This document shows positions 1-10,490 of a stretch of DNA of 64,000 nucleotides, piece by piece. The stretch comes from Ylistrum balloti. Taxonomy: Eukaryota. The notes beneath the pieces were generated by a model. The model had not been told where the DNA came from. It did no database searches and was given only the letters and a program-made list of their open reading frames with translations. The number at the start of each line of letters is the position of its first letter. Position 1 is the stretch's first letter. The stretch covers positions 620,001-684,000 of the forward strand of contig NW_026782092.1 of the NCBI RefSeq assembly GCF_031769215.1, given 5' to 3'. Made by a program: the position numbers and the translations under genes.

Positions 1-1740
1 AACACTATCTTTGATGCAAAACGTCTAATTGGTCGGAAATACGATGACCATAATGTCCAGTCGGACATGAAACACTGGCCATTTACGGTGGTCAGTAGCT
101 CCGGTAAACCAACGATTCAGGTGAACAGCAAATGCGACACCAAGCAGTTTACACCAGAGGAAATCAGCTCCATGGTGCTTACTAAAATGAAGGAGACGGC
201 TGAAGCTTTCCTTGGTGAAAAGGTCAAGGATGCTGTGATCACTGTACCAGCCTACTTCAATGACTCCCAGAGACAGGCGACAAAGGACGCTGGGATCATC
301 GCCGGACTGAACGTCCTGAGAATTGTCAATGAACCAACGGCTGCTGCGCTGGCCTATGGACTAGACAAGAACCTCAAAGACGAGAAAAATGTCCTCATCT
401 TTGATTTGGGAGGAGGAACATTTGATGTGTCCATTTTGACGATCGACGAAGGATCGATATTCGAGGTTAAAGCTACTGCTGGTGACACACATTTAGGTGG
501 AGAAGATTTCGACAACAGAGTTGTGAACCATTTCGTACAGGAGTTTAAACGGAAATATGGAAAAGACTTGAGTAAGAACAGCAGGGCTTTACGAAGGCTT
601 CGCACCGCATGTGAACGTGCCAAACGAACCCTTTCGAGCAGCAGCGAAGCAAGTATAGAAATCGACTCTCTGTTTGAGGGAATCGATTTCTACAGTAAAC
701 TCACCAGAGCTAGATTTGAGGACTTGTGTTCTGATCTTTTCCGTGCTACTCTAGAGCCTGTGGAAAAGGCACTTCGTGATGCTAAGATGGACAAATCGAA
801 AATCCACGAGATTGTCTTAGTTGGCGGATCTACACGTATACCAAAGATCCAAAAGATGCTCGAAGATTTCATGAACGGAAAACAGCTCAACAAATCTATC
901 AATCCTGACGAAGCTGTAGCGTATGGTGCTGCAGTTCAAGCTGCCGTTCTTACCGGCGACAGCAGTGACGTCATCAAGGACGTCCTTCTGGTGGACGTGG
1001 CTCCACTGTCCCTCGGAATAGAAACAGCTGGAGGTGTGATGACCAAACTGATCGAAAGGAACACTAGAATTCCCACGAAAACATCTCAAACGTTTACTAC
1101 GTATTCTGATAACCAGCCCGGTGTCAGTATCCAGGTGTTCGAGGGAGAACGAGTCATGACAAAGGACAATAATCAACTGGGAAGGTTTGAACTAAACGGC
1201 ATCCCACCTGCACCCAGAGGTGTTCCACAAATCGAGGTCCAATTCGACATCGATGCTAATGGAATCCTCAATGTGTCGGCTGAGGATAAAAGTACTGGGA
1301 AATCCAACAAAATCACCATCACAAACGACAGGGGACGTTTGAGTAAAGAAGACATTGAGAAAATGGTAGCCGACGCAGAAAAATACAAAGACGAGGACGA
1401 GAAACAGAGGAAAAGAGTTTCTGCCAGAAATCAGCTGGAGAACTACATTTTCAGTGTCAAACAGGCGATGGAAAATGTTGGTGACAAACTTTCATCAGAG
1501 GAAAAATCCACTGTGTGTCAGGGATGTGAGGACAATTTGAAGTGGTTGGACAGTAACACTATGGCGGACGTGGAGGAATACGAATATAAACTAAAGGAAT
1601 TTCAAAAACTGTGTTCACCTATCATGACGAAACTTCACGGGAGTTCACCACAGTCAAATGGCGGGGCACCCAGTGGAGGTTGTGGTAGAGAAGCACAAGG
1701 AGGGTCAAGTACTGGCCCGACGGTAGAGGAAGTGTACTGA
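1..1740 (+). CDS. hsp70: Heat shock protein 70, copy 1 (5'-truncated by window edge)
   Basis: Frame +1 is open from base 1 (NTIFDAKR...). Carries signatures [14 protein letters not shown] and [15 protein letters not shown] and ends GPTVEEVY*. Private K>T change at 112-114. Confidence 0.97.
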   Translation, partial: NTIFDAKRLIGRKYDDHNVQSDMKHWPFTVVSSSGKPTIQVNSKCDTKQFTPEEISSMVLTKMKETAEAFLGEKVKDAVITVPAYFNDSQRQATKDAGIIAGLNVLRIVNEPTAAALAYGLDKNLKDEKNVLIFDLGGGTFDVSILTIDEGSIFEVKATAGDTHLGGEDFDNRVVNHFVQEFKRKYGKDLSKNSRALRRLRTACERAKRTLSSSSEASIEIDSLFEGIDFYSKLTRARFEDLCSDLFRATLEPVEKALRDAKMDKSKIHEIVLVGGSTRIPKIQKMLEDFMNGKQLNKSINPDEAVAYGAAVQAAVLTGDSSDVIKDVLLVDVAPLSLGIETAGGVMTKLIERNTRIPTKTSQTFTTYSDNQPGVSIQVFEGERVMTKDNNQLGRFELNGIPPAPRGVPQIEVQFDIDANGILNVSAEDKSTGKSNKITITNDRGRLSKEDIEKMVADAEKYKDEDEKQRKRVSARNQLENYIFSVKQAMENVGDKLSSEEKSTVCQGCEDNLKWLDSNTMADVEEYEYKLKEFQKLCSPIMTKLHGSSPQSNGGAPSGGCGREAQGGSSTGPTVEEVY

Positions 1741-1983
1741 TCATTTTGCTATTGCTAGTCATTGTAAATTGAAAAGGACAATCTTGAATATTATATACCA
1801 TGTATTTGATTTTTATGTGTGTTTTACATATACAACGAGGACGATATGTGATAGTTTATAATTTTAATGGTATTCTATGTGCAATTAAATTGTGATGTAC
1901 AGTCAACAAATGTTGATAGATCTTGTTTGAATGAATCATACTCTGTTTAAGCAGTTATTTTTGTCGTTTTTATATTGTTATTA

Positions 1984-1989
1984 AATAAA
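1984..1989 (+). terminator. Candidate polyadenylation signal of the repeated HSP70 3' UTR (equivalent site in copies 2-7)
   Basis: AATAAA about 245 nt after the stop, with T/GT-rich sequence downstream; conserved across copies 1-7. Confidence 0.55.
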
Positions 1990-2399
1990 ATTGTTAAAAT
2001 AAGTATTAGGTTTTTCTTGTTTTTCTATATTGCATTTAATTTCTTATACAACTGAGTCCTATTTAATTCGATATGAAATAAAAAAAAACCATCTTCTCAT
2101 TCTATTACAAACATAGAAAGCGAAACGCCGGAGTAACGTGGTGTGAATAAGAGTGAATTCAACCAATCGGCCATTCATCCAGCGTTTCATCTCTAGGACT
2201 ATATTAGCCAATGAGCGTCTTAAATTGTTTCATCTAATTGCAATCTCTATTTAGATTTAGACTTGGTAAATACTTGTGCTCTGTTGGCGTTACCAATTAA
2301 ATAAAGTTACATTCTCAAATGAGAACTAGGTATACATCAACGGAACCAACAGGCAAACTAACGAGCATCAAACACGTCCAGATTCATTTCGCATAAAAA

Positions 2400-2800
2400 A
2401 ATAGAATATTTCTACATGAAATCACTGTGGTGATCCTAAAACTCCTCCCCCTCCCCTCTCCCTTATTTTCATCAACCTGCATCTTTTGAACCCTTGTGTT
2501 ATGAGTTTGTCAGAAATGGAAAACCTCACAATTCAAATCATCATGTTTATTATACAACTTGATGGAAAGCTGTCCATGTTGGTTTCGTAGTAGGAAAAGA
2601 TCGAGATAAGCAGCCCATGTAGAAGAGTCTGTGTATCTTTGCGTTCCAGTTATGGTGGATACACACGATTGACGTAGTCTATAGATTTCTTGTTATTTAA
2701 AGTCAAGATCTGTCAATATATCCGAAGGTGAAATAAAAAGACTTTGCAAGGTCCTTTTTACCCGTTTTGTTGGAGTATTTCAATTAATGTGTTTGTTAGT
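2400..2800 (-). mobile_element. Decayed PLE RT fragment (unit 1-2)
   Basis: Homolog of 42420-42845: FTFGYID then frameshift, NNKKSIDYVNRVYPP*LERKDT, later DKLITQGFKRCRL. Confidence 0.7.
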
Positions 2801-4016
2801 TTCACTTATAAAATTCCGGCTGTTGAAATCTGAATATGTAGCAGTCATATATGCTATTTGAACTTCTTGATCATATCAGTGTTAGCATTTGGTAGGTCGG
2901 TTTCTTTGAATCTTAATAGTTTTCACTTGCGTTGAACTTCGAATATTAATTTTATTAGTTTCAATACTATGTAACTGACTTAATTTCCTGAGTTCTAAAT
3001 ATAATCCCTATCTAAATTTAGTGTTCTTTTATTGCACTGCTTCTGATAATTCATATTTTAAATTATTGGTGACAGATTTGGATAGTTATGAAATCCAATC
3101 TGTCTTTGCCTTGGAAAAGTGCATGGTTATAGTACCTTTCAATATTTCTAGGCATATTCGCACAGAATTAAAAACAATCGTGGTTTCCCACTGAAGGTCA
3201 CTATTTTCACTTTCAACTTTAGCTTGTTGACATATTCAAACACCGACTGCCCTTTTTGATACAAAATCCGCATCTATAGCCGGTCGAGGTCTTTGTGATG
3301 TGTGTTTTAGTGGATATTGATATTTTCCATTTGTGTTGATCTTATAGGAATTGACGCTAGTTTCATCACGTAGATGAATCATACAATAGCTCATAATTAG
3401 GATTTTCCTGCATAAGAACGAAGTTGTTCAAGACCTGTTGATTTATGCACAACTTGTCCATGTATGTAAACTGATAATTGACTAGATTTACACAGATCCG
3501 ATCCTAAAGGTTAACATTGTCTTAGAAATGAACTCGTTTATGACTACAGCTTGTGTTTTTTGTAATTTGTGAAGAATAGCTAACTCGAGTGAAAGATATA
3601 CCAAATACCACTCACTTTGTAACCTCTATATGTTCCTACTCGGAATGGTCCATGTTCATCAGAACACTAGGGTCTCAAGTGTTTTTCTCCTTTGATGTTA
3701 GCGTGATTGGGTAAGACACTTTACTTTCATTTATTTTTTAAAAATTTTTTTGAGGACATGCGACAGGAATTTCGTATGTTTTTTAGCGATGTAGTGACTA
3801 TCTTCAACAATTATACCACATCACAAAATTACCCAACCTCTTAAAGAGGCAATCAATCCAATAAAACAAAATTCAACACGGAGACCCCGCCTCCATAACA
3901 CCATGGCTGTTCACGAGGCGATAAAACCTCCAAATTAAACTACAAGTAAACTCCGCCTCAAAATGAACATGACTAATGACATGGCTAAAAACTGAAAAAA
4001 GAAAAATGAAAATACA

Positions 4017-4205
4017 ACTAGAGTTATACTACCAACGTCTAGACGAAGAGGGCGAAAACATATTCGTATTTTTTAAAATATTTTCATACGAGAAACACAT
4101 ATAACAAATCTTTAATTTAATTAATTATTCTTTGATGAGACCCTAGACGTCCCTTTCATAATTTAAGCACCAAAATGAACTAGACGTTGGTAATATAATT
4201 CTAGT
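4017..4205. mobile_element. MITE-like element with 26-bp terminal inverted repeats (also 14093-14281, 21255-21443, 43616-43804)
   Basis: ACTAGAGTTATACTACCAACGTCTAG (4017-4042) vs CTAGACGTTGGTAATATAATTCTAGT (4180-4205): 24/26 reverse-complement match. AT-rich non-coding core; no clear TSD. Confidence 0.6.
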
Positions 4206-4257
4206 CTAATATATTACAAACAGGACAACCAGTGACCTACGCTCGGTTATGACCGGA

Positions 4258-5599
4258 TTGCTAGGAATGTGGTCTAGAAGAAGACTAACTTTGATAGGGA
4301 AAATCACCGTAGTGAAAACTTAAGCACTTCCTTTACTCAATCTTTTATTTTACTCGTTATCTAGTCCTTTTGCAGACTTGATACAAAATATCAATTCAAT
4401 CTTGCATAGATTTATTTGGGATTACAAACCTGATAAAATAAAACGAAATACACTTATTATGGGATATGAGGAAGGGGGGCTTTAAATGATTCATATAGAA
4501 AGTTTCCTGAAATATCTAAAGATTAAATGGGTTAAACGATTTCATGTGGGCAATGGAGACTGGCAAACATTAGCAAAATCAAAATTTAAATAACTTGGAG
4601 GAGATAGGCTTTGGAATTTAAATAAGCAGAAAATAAAGGAAATAGCAACTGTAATTACAAATAAATTTTGGAAAGATGTTCTTCTATCCTGGAGTGAATT
4701 GAAAAGTGATGATCATCAGTCTGATATTTTAAATTATGTCACCATAAAGCATTTTAAAAATATTTAAATTATGACGAAAAGGGATTTAAAACAATTAGGG
4801 ATTTTCTAGATGAAAATTTACTATTTTTACCATTTAATCAAATAAAAGAAGTCTGTCATAATCTAAATTTTCTGCAATATTTTGCCTTCATAAATAAAAT
4901 ACCAAAGGAAACAACTGAATCCATACGAATCACAGATAACAATGATGGAGATCTAGAGACACATCTACACAAGCTACTAACTAGAACAGACCATAAATAC
5001 ATTTACCACTCCGTGTTACAAAAGCAAAAATACTACCCTGCATCTAAACAAAGAGAAATGGAAAAGAGATCTGGGCATAAATAATGAAAATACCTTAAAC
5101 TGGGGAAAAATATATACACTGTAGTGTTTGTTTTAAAACATGTCCAGATACAAAAACTACAAAATTTTCAATTTAAACTCTTACATAGAATTTTAACCAC
5201 AAATAAATTTCTATACAGAATTAAAATTGTAAGAGGTGAAAATTGTACTTTCTGTGAAAAAGAACAAGAATCTTTAACACACCTCTTTTATCAATGTGAA
5301 AACGTATATACATTATGGGAAGATTTAAAACAGTGGTTAAACAACATGCAAAAAATATCGCAATTTATGAATGGGACATAAAGGGAATTTTAATTTATTA
5401 TAATGATTTTATTTTGATTAATCACTTGATATTAATAACAAAATAGTATATATACACTTGTCGCTTTAGGAATGTAAAACCATCCTTCCCATGGCTTAAA
5501 TCTGTAATCTCTGTACAGTAGGAAGTTGAACGGAAAATTGCCTTTGAAAACAAATCTTTTATCAATTTTGAGGCTAAGTGGTCTCCCCTTGACATTTAA
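4258..5599 (+). mobile_element. 5'-truncated, decayed Tx1/L1-clade LINE ORF2 3' part (unit 1-2)
   Basis: Broken frames read LLGMWSRRRLTLIGKITVVKT..FIWDYKPDKIKRNTLIMGYEEGGL.., a zf-RVT-type region FQFKLLHRILTTNKFLYRIKIVRGENCTFCEKEQESLTHLFYQC, and the ORF2 end IAFENKSFINFEAKWSPLDI*. Several stops and frameshifts. Confidence 0.85.
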
Positions 5600-5737
5600 G
5601 TCGGGTCATCTTCTTTTAATATCCAGAATACAGAATAATTCCTGACAACCTTTTCATAGTCTCATGAGTCTTATACGTATACCCTGTTTCAAACTTACTA
5701 AGATTTCTTTATGCATATAATATTAGTAAAAAAAGCC

Positions 5738-5806
5738 GTTATATATATATATATATTCTTGTCATGTATCTATCTGTGTCTATATATATATATATATAAC
5801 TATATA
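5738..5806. repeat. (TA)n microsatellites after the LINE fragment (recur in every spacer with variable length)
   Basis: TATATA runs at about 5740-5756 and 5781-5797; the length differs between units. Confidence 0.8.
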
Positions 5807-6220
5807 TGTTTGTAAATCACATCTACATATGAGTTATTTTTAACATTTCATGTGACTATCAGTAGGTAATTTGCCAGTAATTATAATGATATAATATTCT
5901 ACATGAATTGATACCTGATATTGAGCTTAAGATTTTTTGCAGACCATGCATACCACTCGTACTTGTTTCTTTGATATATTAAATGTAATATTTGTCTCTG
6001 TCTAAAACCTAGCAGGAAGCCTGGACCTGTTGGGTGTTTATGTATGCAGGTATGTTTTGTTTTGTGGTGTCAATGACAAAAAGACATTATTTGACATTAT
6101 ACCTCATGAATCAATTACAAATTAAGGAAACCTCACGTATTTTATCTTTTGATCATAACTACTGTCTCAAGTGTCAATATTATGGTATTATACGATAAAC
6201 GTGCAGATTTGCATCCTTAG

Positions 6221-6795
6221 GGTGCCTAATCACAAAGCTAACCTGAATTGACTCGGGAAGTTTCTAGATTAATCGGTCGTTCTAGAACGTTTTCGATTAT
6301 TTACAAATGACACATATATCAATTTATTAAATTTTAATTTAATTAATTATTCTTTGATGAAAACTAAGACGTTAAAAACAGCTTAATGTCCCTTTCATAA
6401 TTTTAAGCACCAAAATGAACTGCTTGTATGCAGATGTAATATGTCTGACATTAATATGTTAATATGTTTATACAAGTATCATATGGAAATATTCATTGAC
6501 ATATACGATGTATATACTAAACATTAATTACGTAAACTAATCTTCAATGAATTGAAATTGACTACGTTTAGAAAAACTTCTTTTTGTCAGATTACTTTAA
6601 TATACTTTAATGTTTCTGCGAAACGTATGATGTAGTATGCCCCCTTGAGGTGCCTCATAACAAGGCTGACCTAAATTCATTCGGGAAGTTTCTAGACCAA
6701 TCGAATCACTGGAACGCTCTCGATTATCTAGATCATTCAAGAAAGTATACTATAGTAGGGTATATAAACATGGTGCACACAAGCTGTGATCAGAA
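6221..6795 (+). promoter_or_regulatory. HSP70 copy 2 promoter: distal and proximal HSE modules, TATA box, Inr-like site
   Basis: Distal HSEs GAAgtTTCtaGAT (6257-6269) and TTCtaGAAcgTTTtcGAT (6280-6297). Proximal HSEs TTCggGAAgtTTCtaGAC (6680-6697) and GATcaTTCaaGAA (6731-6743). TATATAAA at 6761-6768 and TCAGAA about 30 nt downstream (6790-6795). Confidence 0.88.
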
Positions 6796-6956
6796 TCAGA
6801 AAAGAAGTTCGACAGTTCTACTTGGAATAACCGCACAGCGGACTTAATACACACTAGTGTGTATATATATCCAGCCTTTAGCGAGCGAGGGAGTGATCGA
6901 CACGCAATACCTAGACAACAATAACTCTACTTTCGATTTGACATTTGAAGACGAAT

Positions 6957-8897
6957 ATGGCAGGCTCACGTAAATCTCCAGCTATTGGAATTGACCTCGG
7001 CACAACATATTCCTGTGTCGGAGTATTCCAACATGGGAAGGTGGAGATTATTGCCAACGACCAGGGAAACAGGACCACGCCTAGTTACGTGGCCTTTACG
7101 GACACGGAGAGACTGATCGGAGACGCTGCCAAGGGCCAAGTAGCAATGAACCCACAGAACACTATCTTTGATGCAAAACGTCTAATTGGTCGGAAATACG
7201 ATGACCATAATGTCCAGTCGGACATGAAACACTGGCCATTTACGGTGGTCAGTAGCTCCGGTAAACCAAAGATTCAGGTGAACAGCAAATGCGACACCAA
7301 GCAGTTTACACCAGAGGAAATCAGCTCCATGGTGCTTACTAAAATGAAGGAGACGGCTGAAGCTTTCCTTGGTGAAAAGGTCAAGGATGCCGTGATCACT
7401 GTACCAGCCTACTTCAATGACTCCCAGAGACAGGCGACAAAGGACGCTGGGATCATCGCCGGACTGAACGTCCTGCGAATTGTCAATGAACCAACGGCTG
7501 CTGCGCTGGCCTATGGACTAGACAAGAACCTCAAAGACGAGAAAAATGTCCTCATCTTTGATTTGGGAGGAGGAACATTTGATGTGTCCATTTTGACGAT
7601 CGACGAAGGATCGATATTCGAGGTTAAAGCTACTGCTGGTGACACACATTTAGGTGGAGAAGACTTCGACAACAGAGTTGTGAACCATTTCGTACAGGAG
7701 TTTAAACGGAAATATGGAAAAGACTTGAGTAAGAACAGCAGGGCTTTACGAAGGCTTCGCACCGCATGTGAACGTGCCAAACGAACCCTTTCGAGCAGCA
7801 GCGAAGCAAGTATAGAAATCGACTCTCTGTTTGAGGGAATCGATTTCTACAGTAAACTCACCAGAGCTAGATTTGAGGACTTGTGTTCTGATCTTTTCCG
7901 TGCTACTCTAGAGCCTGTGGAAAAGGCACTTCGTGATGCTAAGATGGACAAATCGAAAATCCACGAGATTGTCTTAGTTGGCGGATCTACACGTATACCA
8001 AAGATCCAAAAGATGCTCGAAGATTTCATGAACGGAAAACAGCTCAACAAATCCATCAATCCTGACGAAGCTGTAGCGTATGGTGCTGCAGTTCAAGCTG
8101 CCGTTCTTACCGGCGACAGCAGTAACGTCATCAAGGACGTCCTTCTGGTGGACGTGGCTCCACTGTCCCTCGGAATAGAAACAGCTGGAGGTGTGATGAC
8201 CAAACTGATCGAAAGGAACACTAGAATTCCCACGAAAACATCTCAAACGTTTACTACGTATTCTGATAACCAGCCCGGTGTCAGTATCCAGGTGTTCGAG
8301 GGAGAACGAGTCATGACAAAGGACAATAATCAACTGGGAAGGTTTGAACTAAACGGCATCCCACCTGCACCCAGAGGTGTTCCACAAATCGATGTCCAAT
8401 TCGACATCGATGCTAATGGAATCCTCAATGTGTCGGCTGAGGATAAAAGTACTGGGAAATCCAACAAAATCACCATCACAAACGACAGGGGACGTTTGAG
8501 TAAAGAAGACATTGAGAAAATGGTAGCCGACGCAGAAAAATACAAAGACGAGGACGAGAAACAGAGGAAAAGAGTTTCTGCCAGAAATCAGCTGGAGAAC
8601 TACATTTTCAGTGTCAAACAGGCGATGGAAAATGTTGGTGACAAACTTTCATCAGAGGAAAAATCCACTGTGTGTCAGGGATGTGAGGACAATTTGAAGT
8701 GGTTGGACAGTAACACTATGGCGGACGTGGAGGAATACGAATATAAACTAAAGGAATTTCAAAAACTGTGTTCACCTATCATGACGAAACTTCACGGGAG
8801 TTCACCACAGTCAAATGGCGGGGCACCCAGTGGAGGTTGTGGTAGAGAAGCACAAGGAGGGTCAAGTACTGGCCCGACGGTAGAGGAAGTGTACTGA
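6957..8897 (+). CDS. hsp70: Heat shock protein 70, inducible cytosolic type, copy 2
   Basis: Intronless 646-aa ORF from ATG 6957 (the track's TTG start at 6945 is upstream). Signatures [37 protein letters not shown]; no GGMP repeats; HSE/TATA promoter. Confidence 0.98.
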   Translation: MAGSRKSPAIGIDLGTTYSCVGVFQHGKVEIIANDQGNRTTPSYVAFTDTERLIGDAAKGQVAMNPQNTIFDAKRLIGRKYDDHNVQSDMKHWPFTVVSSSGKPKIQVNSKCDTKQFTPEEISSMVLTKMKETAEAFLGEKVKDAVITVPAYFNDSQRQATKDAGIIAGLNVLRIVNEPTAAALAYGLDKNLKDEKNVLIFDLGGGTFDVSILTIDEGSIFEVKATAGDTHLGGEDFDNRVVNHFVQEFKRKYGKDLSKNSRALRRLRTACERAKRTLSSSSEASIEIDSLFEGIDFYSKLTRARFEDLCSDLFRATLEPVEKALRDAKMDKSKIHEIVLVGGSTRIPKIQKMLEDFMNGKQLNKSINPDEAVAYGAAVQAAVLTGDSSNVIKDVLLVDVAPLSLGIETAGGVMTKLIERNTRIPTKTSQTFTTYSDNQPGVSIQVFEGERVMTKDNNQLGRFELNGIPPAPRGVPQIDVQFDIDANGILNVSAEDKSTGKSNKITITNDRGRLSKEDIEKMVADAEKYKDEDEKQRKRVSARNQLENYIFSVKQAMENVGDKLSSEEKSTVCQGCEDNLKWLDSNTMADVEEYEYKLKEFQKLCSPIMTKLHGSSPQSNGGAPSGGCGREAQGGSSTGPTVEEVY

Positions 8898-9529
8898 TCA
8901 TTTTGATATTGCTAGTCATTGTAAATTGGAAAGGACAATCTTGATTTTTATATGTGTGTTTTACATATACAACGAGGACGATATGTGATATAATTTTAAT
9001 GGTATTCTATGTGCAATTAAATTGTGATGTACAGTCAACAAATGTTGATAGATCTTGTTTGAATGAATCATACTCTGTTTAAGCAGTTATTTTTGTCGTT
9101 TTTATATTGTTATTAAATAAAATTGTTAAAATAAGTATTAGGTTTTTCTTGTTTTTCTATATTGCATTTAATTTCTTATACAACTGAGTCCTATTTAATT
9201 CGATATGAAATAAAAAAAAAACCATCTTCTCATTCTATTACAAACATAGAAAGCGAAACGCCGGAGTAACGTGGTGTGAATAAGAGTGAATTCAACCAAT
9301 CGGCCATTCATCCAGCGTTTCATCTCTAGGACTATATTAGCCAATGAGCGTCTTAAATTGTTTCATCTAATTGCAATCTCTATTTAGATTTAGACTTGGT
9401 AAATACTTGTGCTCTGTTGGCGTTACCAATTAAATAAAGTTATATTCTCAAATGAGAACTAGGTATACATCAACGGAACCAACAGGCAAACTAACGAGCA
9501 TCAAACACGTCCAGATTCATTTCGCATAA

Positions 9530-9866
9530 AAAAATAGAATATTTCTACATGAAATCACTGTGGTGATCCTAAAACTCCTCCCCCTCCCCTCTCCCTTATT
9601 TTCATCAACCTGCATCTTTTGAACCCTTGTGTTATGAGTTTGTCAGAAATGGAAAACCTCACAATTCAAATCATCATGTTTATTATACAACTTGATGGAA
9701 AGCTGTCCATGTTGGTTTCGTAGTAGGAAAAGATCGAGATAAGCAGCCCATGTAGAAGAGTCTGTGTATCTTTGCGTTCCAGTTATGGTGGATACACACG
9801 ATTGACGTAGTCTATAGATTTCTTGTTATTTAAAGTCAAGATCTGTCAATATATCCGAAGGTGAAA
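9530..9866 (-). mobile_element. Decayed PLE RT fragment cut by the LTR element (unit 2-3)
   Basis: Matches about 2400-2733 up to the LTR junction, which falls at the FTF motif. Confidence 0.7.
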
Positions 9867-10293
9867 TGTTACCCCTCTATGTTGTACTATCCTTATGTTA
9901 TACAAAAGACCAGCAACAACCGTTCTCAAGTACAAATGTTGAGTATTAACACAAGTTACAACAATGATAACATGTATGGCCTGAGTATCGAGCTTAACAA
10001 GTTACTCCTTCCACGGCCACACCAGGACTGACTCTATTTGCTGTGATCTTACAGTTTATCCTAAAGCAATTATAATCTAATTCTGATAGGGAAAGTGTCT
10101 TCTACTGATCTACAATTAAACCGTGACCAGTTAATGTCTCCATGGTGGAGAGCATGTCCAGCCAATGTTTCACGGCATGATTCTGACACTAAGGTGACCG
10201 CAATTAAACTATCTGTCTGATAAGCCAGCCGGTCACATTAAGATTTAACACAAATTATGTTCTACACTTGAGTGACAAATTTCACTATTAACA
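9867..10293 (-). repeat. 3' LTR of the Gmr1-like element
   Basis: 427-bp direct repeat of 12770-13196, immediately preceded on the minus strand by the PPT. Confidence 0.95.
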
Positions 10294-10300
10294 TCCCCCT
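10294..10300 (-). other. Polypurine tract (PPT)
   Basis: Minus strand AGGGGGA directly abutting the TG of the 3' LTR. Confidence 0.8.
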
Positions 10301-10490
10301 GCCTAAGAAAACTTTTACGGTCTAAAAGTTCAGAGATAGCTAACTGCTCATGATACTCAGGCTGAGATAATATTTAGTATGTACACAAACACTGGTAAAG
10401 TTTACTTGAACAACAGTTAATTCTAAATTCTACAATATACTGTTAAATTCCTTGGATAAGGTACTTCTGTTAGACTGTCACTGTTTGTTC

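Noticed and set aside
354-1388. Antisense and alternative-frame ORFs overlapping each HSP70 CDS (89, 70, 119, 71 aa; repeated 8 times)
   Set aside because: Shadow ORFs caused by HSP70 codon structure. They recur only because the gene is duplicated and show no domain similarity or independent promoter.
5124-5381. 81-85 aa ORFs (MF(V)LKHVQIQ...) as a small independent gene in each unit
   Set aside because: They are the zinc-finger segment of the decayed LINE ORF2, with non-ATG starts and surrounding stops.
6350-6400. TGATGA...AAA motif as a possible hammerhead ribozyme (PLE-associated)
   Set aside because: The core lacks the C of CUGAUGA and I could not form stems I-III or find GAAA in register.
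6650-6847. 65-aa ORF MPHNKADL... upstream of each HSP70 (possible uORF or partner gene)
   Set aside because: It starts at GTG, overlaps the HSE/TATA promoter upstream of the likely TSS, and is broken in copies 7 and 8.
6945-6956. ORF-track start MKTN (TTG) giving 650 aa, and equivalents in the other copies
   Set aside because: An in-frame ATG 12 nt downstream ([15 protein letters not shown]) fits the normal HSP70 N-terminus; TTG initiation is not needed.
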